Positions 13,751 through 24,989 of a stretch of DNA of 64,000 nt are shown piece by piece (position 1 is the first letter of the stretch; the number at the start of each line of letters is the position of its first letter). Source of the stretch: Rhizophagus irregularis (Eukaryota); NCBI RefSeq assembly GCF_026210795.1, contig NC_089433.1, forward strand, positions 3,162,001-3,226,000, read 5' to 3'. The translations under genes and the position numbers were made by a program. The notes under the pieces were generated by a model. It saw only the letters and a list, made by a program, of their open reading frames with translations. It was not told the DNA's origin and ran no database searches.

Positions 13751-16700
13751 AGTTGCAAATAATTTTAAATCAATAAAGACAAAAGAAAGGAGCGGGAAAG
13801 GCATAGAGGAGTTGAAGGTGGAGGAAATAGACCATTATAATTCGAATAAGAGAGGAAGAGAACAAAATATAGAAATTTTAGATAATATCAATATAAGAAC
13901 AAAGAAAAACAAAAAAATAGATAAAAATAGATATAAAAATATACAAAAACAAATTAAAACAGACAAAAATATAAAAAAACTGGCAGTTTATAACGTACAA
14001 GGGTTAGGGAAAGAGGACAAATATGGTTTATTAGTGGATGCTTTAAAGGAAAACAAATGGGATATTTTGGGTTTATGTGAAACAAAGCTTAAATCAGAGG
14101 CGGCAAAATTCAGATTTATAGGTTTAGATAATTATATCAGTTACAGTGCATGTAACGAAAACTCGAGCAAAGAAGGAGTGACTTTGTTAATTAAAAAGTT
14201 GCTGGCATATCATGTAACAAATATAGAAAGAATAGAAGGAGTAGCAATTAAAGTGGATCTAGTTTTTAAAAATAAGGTTAAAAATTTTAGGTGTATTTTA
14301 ATATATAGACCGATTGAAAAATTAGAAAATGTAGTAAAAGTTCAAGAAATTCAAGATAAGTTAACAAAGTGGAATGATTGTGACTATGATAAATGGGATT
14401 TAGTAGTAATGGGAGATCTTAATGAACATTATAAGGTAGAAGAGTTCTTAGATAAGGGTCTTAATAGCGTTAAAGGAAAAAAATGCAAAATAATTAATTG
14501 GTTATTAAAAAATAATTTTATTGATTCTGAATATATCATCAATAGTTTTAATGTAGACAGTAATTTTACGTGGAAGTCAGGTAATAATTGTAGTAGAATT
14601 GATTATATTTGGATTAGAGATTCTATGGATTTTTTATTAGAAGATTTTAAGGCATTTGAATTTGAAGATTTTGTTGAGAGCGACCATAGACTAATAGAAA
14701 TAAAATTAAAGGATATTAATGAAGAAATAAAGGAGAGAGAAGAAGTTACATTAGATGTAAGTGAAGTTAGTACTATATTGGACAGAAATAAAGTACAAGA
14801 GAAATGGAAAGAATTTGCAGAAATCATAGAAAATAAGTTGAAGGTTAGTATAGCTAATGAATATGATATGGGTATTGAAGGCACGTGGAAAATGATTAAA
14901 GATTGTTTTATGGAAGGGGAAAAAATATTACCAAAAAAAGAAATTAAGAAAATGAGAGTTTCGGGAAATGATCTACTATTACGTGATAAAGAATTTAAAA
15001 AGATTTTGCAAATTTATCAACGAAGTAAAAAGATCAGGACAAGATTTAAAAAATTAAAAAAGGTTATAGCAATGCAGTTGGATGAAATATCACAAATTGA
15101 CAAAGTCTTATATGATAATAATAGAAAAATTATTAACCACAATAATTTGACGATGCAAGAGGAATACAAGTTTAATACATATAAACTGGAAGAAATTAAT
15201 CAAGAGAATTGGGAAAGTCTTAACAATAAGGTTAAGAATATTAAAAAAGATTTGGAAAATATTGGAGAAAGGATAAAACATAAACAGATTAGAGAAAAAA
15301 TTATTAAAAGACAACAATTAGCGATATCGAATCCAGGTAGTTTTATTAGGAAAATATTTGAAAACAAAAAACGACATGTTATTGATTTTTCTAGGTTGGT
15401 ATGTAAACATGAAGAGGAAATTGATATTATAGTGGATAAAGAAGAAATCAAAAATAAAGTGTATGTGCATTATAAAGAATGGACAAAAAAAAGAAGCATT
15501 GATACACAGGTCGAAGGGGCGCCATTGTCCAAAATTCAAAAAATGCAAATTCCCCATTTTCCTGGAAAATGGTGGAAAATTGTGGAAAATGCTGCATTAC
15601 GCTGAGCAATTTTTTGGAATAGCATTGTTACAACATTGTCCGATTTAGCAAATCTTATGAAATTTTGGGAAAATGCTACATTATATCTCAAATGTAACAT
15701 TTTTGTAACATTTCGTAACATTGTTATAACATTGTCATTAAAATCAAATTTTGCTTTTTTTTTGTTAAATGTTCCAATTTTCTTGCAAATGGTGCATTTT
15801 TATGAAAATTTCACATTTTACCTCAAATGTAATAACATTTAATAAAATTGTTATAACATTGTCAATTAAAATCAAATTTTGCTTTTTTTTTGTCAAATGT
15901 TCCAATTTTCTTGCAAATGGTGCATTTTTATGAAAATGCCACATTTTATCTTCAATGTGATATCATTGTAACAACATTTCATAAAATTGTTATAACATTG
16001 TCAATTAAATTCAAATTTTGTCAAATATTCTGATTTTCTTGCAAATGGTGTATTTTTTTATGAAAATTCTATATTTTCTGTCAAATGTTGCATATTTTCA
16101 GCAAATTTTACGTTTTTTTGGTCAAAATGTTTCATTTTCGTCAGAATGTTAAGATTTTACATTTTTTTTTGAAAATGCTCAGTAATATAGCATTACACTG
16201 GAAAATGTAGCATTTCACCAAATTACACTAAAAAGCATCACAATTATCTCATTTTTTGGAAAATTCCACATTACATTAAATTATACTAAAAAATGTAGCA
16301 CTATACTAGATTATGCGGCATTGCACTAAAAAATACCACAATTACACTAGACAATGTAGCATTACACTAAAAAGTACCACAATTATCATATTTTTTAGAA
16401 AATTTCGTGTTATGCTGGAAAATGTAACATTATGCTAGAAAATTCAGAATTGCACTAAAAAATACCACAATTGCACTAGACAATGTAGCATTACACTAAA
16501 AAGTACCACAATTATCATTTTTTTTTAAAAAAATTTCGCGTTATACTGGAAAATGTAACATTATGCTAGAAAATGCGGAATTGCACTAAAAAACGCGGAA
16601 TTGCACTAAAAAACACAAAAAAAAATACTACAATTACATTGGATAACATAGCATTACACTTAATTACATTAAAATTGATGATAATTTTTATTTATTTAAT

Positions 16701-17008
16701 TACGTACATTATTAAATTTATAATATTTATATTTTAAACGCATTATTTAACATTAAACACATTGTTAATATAACACGATGTGTTGTGATGTAATTTAATA
16801 CTAAACCTTACTACTGAAGACTCCCTCTTTTTGTCACTATAAACAGGCGGAGGGAGCAGCAATGGCTCTCCCCCTATAGGTACTTTATGACCTCTACCTG
16901 TTTACAGAGGAGGGGCTTTTCGTAAAGTATTAGTTAATAGATATATATATATGTATATATAAGCATATATATACATCTATTTAAAATTATTAAAATAAAA
17001 AAAAAAAT

Positions 17009-17155
17009 TCCGGGGCGGGGGGAAAGCCCCTATTTATATAAAATTATATATCACGTGCGTCACGTGATATTACTTAATAATTACCGCAGCTTCAGCTGCG
17101 GTATAACGAAAAAAAAAATTAAGCTTTTTTTAGCAAAAGCTTAATTTTTTTTTCT
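17009..17155. promoter_or_regulatory. Cluster of palindromes and GC/TATA-like motifs just upstream of the micro-exon array
   Basis: GGGGCGGGGGG, TATATAAAA, ATATCACGTG-CGT-CACGTGATAT, TACCGCAGC-TTCA-GCTGCGGTA, AAAAAAATTAAGCTTTT..AAAAGCTTAATTTTTTT; promoter role is inferred. Confidence 0.4.
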
Positions 17156-17299
17156 CACGTCCTCTTTCTTTCTTCCCTTTCCCCTTTCCCTTTCGTTCCC
17201 TTTCCCTTTCCCTTTCGTTCTCTTCCTCCCTTTTCGTTTTATTTCCCTTCCCTTCGCCCTTTTCCCCTCTCTTTCTCTCCCCTTCCCCTTTCCCTTCCC

Positions 17300-18471
17300 G
17301 GAAAATTCCAACGAAATGGTAAGTTTCGAAGCGTTCGCTTCGAAACTTTTAATATATTTTTTTAATTTCTTTTAGAAAATGTTTCTAACGCTTCCTATAC
17401 TCTCTTTTTTTTTAGATCTCGATATTCGATTTCAGAAATTTAGGAAATTAAGGGTAAGTTTCGAAGCGAGTTCGCTTCGAAACAGTGTTTTTTTTTAATT
17501 TCTTTAGGAAACGTATCTAACATTTCTTATTTTTTTTTTTTGTGTAGGTCTTTCGGCATGCTTCTTTGGGATTTGAAATGGTAAGTTTCGAAGCATATGC
17601 TTCGAAACTTTTTGAAAATTTTTAATTTCTTTAGGAAACTTTTCTAACGTTTCCTTTCTTTCTTTTTTTATGTAGGTCTTTCGGTATTCGACTTCGGGAA
17701 GCAAGGAACCGAAAGGGTAAGTTTCAAGCGTTTCGCTTCAAAACTTTTTTAAAAAAAATTATTTTTTTTTAATTTTTTGTAAGGAAACGTTTCTAACGTT
17801 TCCTATTTTTTTTTTTGTAGAGATTTTTCGATATTCGACTTTGGAAGGCGAATCGGTAAGTTTCGAAGCGTGTTGTTGTACGCTTCAAAACTTTTAAGAA
17901 AAAAATTTTTTTCTTTTTTTTGTAAGGAAACGTTTCTAAGTTTCCTTTTTCTTTTTGTAGGAACGCCGGACGTTTGGATGATGAGTTCGAAATGAACCGG
18001 TGAGTTTCGCAACATTGTGTTGCGAAACTTTATTTTTATTTATTTCTTTTTAAGAAACGTTAACTAACGTTTCTTTATTTTACTTTTTGTAGGTTCCGGA
18101 CATTAGGATGATGGTAAAGTTTCGCAATGTTACATTGCGAAACTTAATTTTTATTTTTTTTATTATAAGAAACGTTTATATTAACGTTTCTTTTTTACTT
18201 TTTGTAGGTTCTGGATGTTAGAATGATGGAAACGAACCGGTAAGTTTCGCAATGTTACATTGCGATACTTAATTTTTTATTTTTTTTTTATTAAAAGAAA
18301 CGTTAACTAACGTTTCTTTCCTTCTTTTTGTAGATTCTGGACGTTTGGATGAAACGACCCGGTGAGTTTCGCAACGAATCGTTGCGAAACTTAATTTATT
18401 GTTTTTTTTTAAAGAAACGATATTAAACGTTTCTTTCCTTTACTTTTTGTAGGACAAAGGAAACTCTGGGC
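17300..18471 (+). ncRNA. Array of 9 double-hairpin introns separating 21-41 nt micro-exons
   Basis: Introns at 17319-17415, 17454-17547, 17581-17675, 17717-17820, 17856-17960, 18000-18092, 18114-18207, 18240-18333 and 18362-18452, each with GT(A/G)A, a TAAC-type branch motif, a pyrimidine tract and TAG. Confidence 0.7.
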
Positions 18472-18736
18472 CAGGGACGATGATTTTTTGTGATCACAGA
18501 ATTTCACAGAAAATCACAAAATTTGGTTATAAAAATGTTGATAATTTTCAAGTTTTTGGCCTGATTTAGGATTTGAAATCATTATAATTCTGGCAGACAC
18601 TAAATTTGACCAGAATTTACGAATAGTAATGTTGGCCAACCTTGCATAATTCTGGCCAAATCACAAAATTTCACAAAATTTATTTTTATCACACACAAAA
18701 TTTACTTTATACCGCCGCAAAAAATCATCGTCCCTG
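18472..18736. mobile_element. hAT-type MITE (265 bp)
   Basis: TIR CAGGGACGATGATTTTTT...AAAAAATCATCGTCCCTG; 8-bp TSD CTCTGGGC/CTCCGGGC (1 mismatch). Confidence 0.9.
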
Positions 18737-19009
18737 CTCCGGGCATTTGGTGGGGTGTTCTTTTATTATATAACGAAACATTATTTAAGTTTCGTTTATT
18801 TTTTGTTTTTTTATAGGTTAAAGGAATGAAAGGGAAAGGTGAGAACGAAAGAAAAGAGAAAGATGAGAACGAAAGGGAAAGGTGAAAAATGAAAGGGGAA
18901 TGTGAAAAATGAAAGGGGAAGGTGAAAAATGTAAAGGAAAAGAGAAAACGAAAGAGAAGACGAAAGGGAAGGGTGAGAACGAAAGGGAAAGGGAAAATGA
19001 AAGGGAATA

Positions 19010-19600
19010 TTTCGAAGGTATACTTCGAAATATTTTTTATTTTTATTTTTTTCAACGAAACGGTTATTAATGTTTCGTTTTTTTTTCTTTTTTAGGTTCA
19101 GCAGCTCATTGGACATATGGAATTCAACATTTCGAAGGTATGTAACTTCGAAATGTTTCTTTAATTTAATTTTTTCACGAAACATAAATTAATGTTTCGT
19201 TTTTTTTTCTTTTTAGGTTCAGCGGCTTATTGGACGTATGGAATTCAACATTTCGAAGGTATATAACTTCGAAATGTTTCTTTAATTTAATTTTTTTCAT
19301 GAAACATAAATTAATGTTTCGTTTTTTTTCTTTTTTAGGTTCAGCGGCTTATTGGACGTATGGAATTCAACATTTCGAAGGTATATAACTTCGAAATGTT
19401 TCTTTAATTTAATTTTTTCATGAAACATAAATTAATGTTTCGTTTTTTTTCTTTTTTAGGTTCAGCGGCTTATTGGACGTATGGAATTCAACATTTCGAA
19501 GGTATATAACTTCGAAATGTTTCTTTAATTTATTTTTTTTTACGAAACGTATATTAATGTTTCGTTTTTTTTCTTTTTTAGGTTTTCTATTTTGGCACTG
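19010..19600 (+). repeat. ~121-bp tandem exon-intron unit (42-nt exon plus ~79-nt double-hairpin intron), 4-5 copies
   Basis: TAG|GTTCAGCGGCTTATTGGACGTATGGAATTCAACATTTCGAAG|GTATATAACTTCGAAATG...GAAACATAAATTAATGTTTCG repeated almost identically. Confidence 0.85.
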
Positions 19601-22600
19601 GTGCGGATTATCCATAGATTATCGGATATCTGATAAATATAGATTATCGTTAAATAATAATAATTGTGCATTTATTAATAAATAAAATTATAATAGATTA
19701 TAAATCAGTGTTTTAAATTGTCATGGCGTTTACACTAAATTGTTTAAAATTATTACTAAATTTCGCTCAATTGTCTGAAAATTTCACTCAATTATCTGAA
19801 ATTATTGCAAAATTTCACTAAATTATCTTCGAAAATGTTGCATTTATATCGTTTACACTCAATTGTCCAAAATCGGTAAGACATTTTCACTCAATTGTCC
19901 GAAATTATCCTAAATTTCACTAAATTATTCAAAAATCTAGCTAACATTTACCAAAAAAATGCAAAATTCACCACAATTTTCCACAATTTGTATTACGTTT
20001 GCACAACATTGCTGAAAAATTCACCTAAATTTTCAACAATTTACATAATATTACTAAAAATACACTACAATTTACCATTATTTGCATTACGTTTGCATAA
20101 CATTACTAAAAATTTAACTAAATTTACCACAATTTGCACTTCGTTTGCATAGCATTACTAAAAATTTAACTAAATTCACCACAATTTACATTACGTTTAC
20201 ATATAATTACTAAAAATTTAACTAAATTCACCACAATTTGCACTTCGTTTGCATAAAATTACTAAAAATTTGCCTAAAATTCACCACAATTTACATTACG
20301 TTTGCATAAAATTACTAAAAATTTAACTAAATTCACCACAATTTACACTTCGTTTGCATAACATTACTAAAAATTTGCCTAAAATTTCCCACAATTTAAT
20401 GATAATTTACTGAAAAATTTCTCAACATTTGAATTAGGAATTCTGTAGGAATTCCGCCATTTTGACAAAATTTGCCAAATTGTAAGTCCTCCATTATCCC
20501 AAAATTGTAACACAATTTACCTCAATTTACCGGGATAATTCTCAATTTGCCAGAAAAATTCCAGGCAAATTTTGCGATAATGACATCTGTTCGACCTGTG
20601 ATATGAACGAATGGGATTATTGGAAACATGAATATGAACCAAGGACAGATATAGATGAATGTATTTATGAGTCGTTAATGGAACAAATCGAATTAAGTGA
20701 ATTCGAAGAAATATTAGCATCAACTAACAATTGGAGGGCACCAGGAATTTCAGGAATCACATACGATTTCATGAAGCATAACAGGAATGTAATGAAAGGA
20801 AAACTAGTTGATCTAATGAATTCATGTTTAAAGACAAGGAAATTTCCTAAAGATTGGTTGAAAGGCCAAATTTTTCCGATTCCAAAAAAAGAAGATTGGG
20901 GAGGTGATATTTCGATCACACGTCCAATTACGTTATTAGAGTGTGTAAGAAAATGTATGTTAAAAATTTTAACAAAACGATTGACAAAAATTCTGAAAGA
21001 ATACAAAGTTTTGAAGGGTTATAATTTTGCGGCATTAGAGGGAGAGAGTTGTTTTGAACCGATAAAAATTTTACAATCAATTATAGAAGACGCTAGACTT
21101 CGTAAGAAAGAATGCTGGGTATTAATGATGGACATCTCCAAAGCCTATGATTCAGTTTTAGGCTTTTTGTTAATAAAGGCTTTGGAAAGATTAAAGATTC
21201 CAGAAGGATTTGTTGATATTGTGGAAGAAATTTTTTATAATAGAGAGAATAGAGTGATGGTACAGAATGATTATACAAATTTTTATGAGGTTGAGGACGG
21301 CATAGACCAGGGTGAAGTATGGTCCCCGATCCTGTGGAGGATTTTTTTTGAGCCATTACTAGATCGTTTAAAAAAAGAAGACAGTTGGGGTTATGAAATA
21401 AAAGCACAAGAAATTATTAATATTAATACAGGATGGACGAATATTATTAATGAGAAAATTAATCATTTAGCCTTCATGGATAACGCTAATCTAATTAGTA
21501 GTAGTAAAGAGAATCTAGTAAAACTATACAATATTTGTAATAGCTTCTTTAGATTAAGTGATATCAAAGCAAACCCAAAAAAATATGAACTGTTAGTAAT
21601 AGGAAACAAGATTGAGGATAAGGAAGAAGAGAATCAAGTTTTATTAGATGGATGTAGTGTTAAAATAAATAACTCAGAAGAAGGTGCTCGGTTTTTAGGT
21701 GTTTGGTTTAGTGCTCAAGCAAATTTTAAATCGCATAACAGGATAATTGAAGATTGTGTGAAAAGATTAACGAATGTGATGCGTTGGAAAAAATTAACTG
21801 CAAAAGAATGTATTTATTTATGGAACACTGTGATAATTCCTGTAGTAGAATATCAATTGCAATGTACAGTGTTAAATAAAGTACTTATAGAGAAATTGGA
21901 TAGTAAGATCCGAAGTGTAATTAAACAAAAATGTGGTTTAGCAGCTCATACAAGTAATAGTGTAATTCATGATAAAGATTTTTTGGGTTGTAAGAGCGTT
22001 GAAGCACTACAAAAAGAATCGTTAGTTAAAAGTATTTTATATTGTATAAATCATGAAGGATTACTAGGAAAGATTATGAAAATTAAAATAGCGTCTATTA
22101 AAGAGATTATTTGGTTTAATGGATGCATTTTTAACGATATAAAACATATTTTTAATAATAGAAAGCAAATTTGGTTGTTAGAAAGGTTAAAGGTTTTGGC
22201 AGAAGATAATTTCAAGTTGTGCAATCATAATAGATTGCATGGACATGTAGTTAGTGGTGGACATATGTCAATTGATGAGATGATTGACAAAAATATTTTG
22301 AGTTGTAGTGTTAAAAGTTTGAGTTTGGTCAATATAATGTATATTACGCAATTGATTGATGAAAATAACAGATTAAAAACATGGAGACAAGTAACAGCAG
22401 AAGCAGGACGAAGTAGTAAAGGCAAAATACCAAATTGGTTCAAAGAATTAGAAAATAAACTAATGAAAAATGATCAAAGAGAAGTTTTTGCGTGTTATGA
22501 GTTAATTAGTGAAGTTTATGATTTGTATAATAATAATGTGATATTAAGGGACTCTTGGGAAAAATTTAATGAAATTTATATTGGTAGAGAGTATGATGAT

Positions 22601-24989
22601 TTAATTGAGTTTGATAATAGATTTAAGCTTATAGAAAAGTGTTTTGTTGGAGGACAAGGTTTTAGGTTATTAGAAAAGGAATATTTAGATTTAGTTGACG
22701 TAAATCAAAGTGATTTAAAAATTTATACTGATGGTAGTAAAAAAGAGTATGTTAATGGTATAGGTTGGGTGATTTTTAATGGGGATAAGATTTTAAGTAA
22801 AGGTCGTTTAAAAATAAAAGGAAATTATGAGGTTTGGGAATTAGAATTGGTTGCAATAGTAGCAGCGTTAATGATTGTAAATAAGGGTAATAGTGTTAAA
22901 ATTATTACAGATAGTAAAATAGTAAAAGATTTATGGGATAAGCTAGTGGAGGTTAAAAATGGTATATGGTCAACGAGAAGAATTTGGAATGTTAAATTTA
23001 GTGGTATTTGGAAGTGGGTAAGATATATGGTTAAATATCTAGATTTAAATATAAGTGTATATAAGATTAAAGGACATTCTGGTGATTTAGGCAATGAAAT
23101 GGCTGATAGTTTGAGTAAATTAGCATTAAGAGAGACGGAGGGTAGTTTAATAACATATTTGAATATTCCAGAAGACATGTCATAGGAATATAATTTATAT
23201 TGGAAAAGAGAGTTAATCAAAGAAGCACCAAGAGATTTTATGAAAGAATTTAATCAAAGATATTATAAAGCGGCTTGGCTGTCATTAGATATTAGTAGGA
23301 CTTTAAGAGTTAATATTTTGGATGCGCAGATTGATTGGAAAAATTCTTATATGATAATAATGGAAGAATATAAAGGTGACATCACGGATTCTAATAACAA
23401 GACGGTGGTATACAAATTAAAAAATTTTCTTGAAATTTTACCTACAATGACTCTGTTAAATAAAAGAAATCTTGAAGTTTACAGAAGTGGCAAATGTGTA
23501 AGATGTCAATTCATGATGGAGTCATGGACGCATTTATGGATTTGTAAAGAAAATGAAACATCGATTATACAAATTATTAATCAAGCTTTTGAAATTCTTA
23601 AAGAAAATTGGATAATCAGAATTTTAGATTGGATTTCAATTATTATGCAAGACTTTTACAAATTTTAAATGATCGGTCATATTCAATATTTAATGGTAGA
23701 ATTTTTCATGAAGCAATTAAAGGTATGATTAATTCACGTCTATATTTAAATATTAGTGATCCAATTTTTACAACAGCAATTAAAGGGTTTGTTCGAGACA
23801 TACATATATTAGCGAGAGATGTTATTTGGGTAGAAAGGTGTAAGGAGGTTAATAAATGGGAACGAAGTGTCGGTATCTCTAGGATAGTGAAAAAGAATTG
23901 TAAATTAGAGACATCTTCTTTACCATCTATAGGGTCAAATAGTAAACATAGAAATCAATTTATATATGATGTGTCACAAAGATGGCTGGGTAGTTACCTG
24001 GCAAATATGGAGCATAGGAAAAATTTATGGTTTAGTTTAGATATTTCTGATTTATGGTCGTATCATAATTTAGTTAAATTTAGAAGTTCTAAGTATGCAT
24101 TAAATTATAGTATTTTAGACTAGTTTGTAGATAGATACTTTATTATGAGATATATTATGTCTAAATTATAACAAATTGTGTTTCAATAATTGTTATAATA
24201 TTAATAAAGTTTGGTTAAAAAATAAAAAAAAAAAAAATATTTTTTATAAATAATATAAATAAAAAACTAGTATAAAATAATATACTATTTGTAAAAAAAA
24301 TAATATTAGCAAAATATAAACAAAAAAAAAGAAATTTAATTAGTAATATTATCATTATTTTAAATATAAAAAAGAAATAATAAAAAGTTAGTAATATTAT
24401 TAATATATTAGTTAGATATAAAAAAGTAATAAAACGATAGTAGTAATAATGTTAGTAATATATTAAAAAAATTAAATAAAATACATAAAAGTAAAAAAAA
24501 ATATAATTAATATATGTTAACATATAATATTAATATAAAAATAAAAACATAAAACGGTGTACATATAGTTGTTTAATTAATATTGTTAAAATTCACCATT
24601 ACAATTCCTGAGAGATATTAGTGAAAGTAATTGTTAATTGATATACGTGCATATCACTTTTTGTATAATTAGTAGTTTGGTACAAATATATATTATATAT
24701 TATCAAAATAAGTTTTTTATTTAATTTTTATTATTATATGTTAAAATAATTTTGGTATTCATTTTTATTGTTTTTTTTTTCTAAAAAAAAAGAAAAGAAA
24801 AGAATATTTTTGAAAAAATAAACAAAAAATAAACAATAACGTGTTATTAATGCATGTGATCAGTGATCAGCTGAATTTTAATTGGTTAAATATAGAAATG
24901 CGAAAATTAAAAAGCAGAAGTATTTTTTTTAAAATTTAAATCATACAGATTGTTTTTAAAGTTTAATTAGTAATTTAAAAGTTCTTTTT

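Larger units (their letters stand above)
15505..20600. mobile_element. Non-autonomous CACAG-terminus (CMC/EnSpm-like) TIR element, 5.1 kb, inserted in LINE ORF2
   Basis: Perfect 11-bp TIR CACAGGTCGAA...TTCGACCTGTG, 3-bp TSD ATA, subterminal repeat blocks at ~15700-16660 and ~19730-20450, no credible protein ORF. Confidence 0.92.
13614..24123 (+). pseudogene. LINE ORF2: AP endonuclease, reverse transcriptase, RNase H and C-terminal CCHC
   Basis: APE motifs YNVQG, LCETK, MGDLN, SRIDY, SDH; RT motifs RPITLL, DISKAYD, GIDQG, FMDN; RNase H motifs YTDGS, ITDS, KGHSG..GNEMAD; CVRC..ESWTHLWIC. Removing 15505-20600 plus one ATA restores the frame (KRSID-MNEW). Stop at 23183, frameshift near 23605. 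Confidence 0.92.
11774..24237 (+). mobile_element. Full-length non-LTR retrotransposon (LINE; ORF1 plus APE-RT-RNaseH ORF2), interrupted at 15505-20600
   Basis: Two overlapping ORFs, AATAAA and a poly(A) tail at ~24217-24237; an A-run precedes the 5' end, so the TSD is ambiguous. Confidence 0.92.

Noticed and set aside
15505..15842. C-terminus of the 663-aa ORF and nearby short ORFs
   Set aside because: Read-through into the inserted element's TIR and subterminal repeats; the true ORF2 resumes at 20603
17300..18452. CRISPR-like look (palindromic repeats alternating with variable 21-41 nt spacers)
   Set aside because: The repeats are ~95 nt, variable, bounded by GT..AG with branch motifs, in eukaryotic DNA with no cas genes; an intron array explains them better
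17504..19685. Short Lys/Phe-rich ORFs in the ORF track
   Set aside because: Translations of intron pyrimidine tracts and low-complexity repeats
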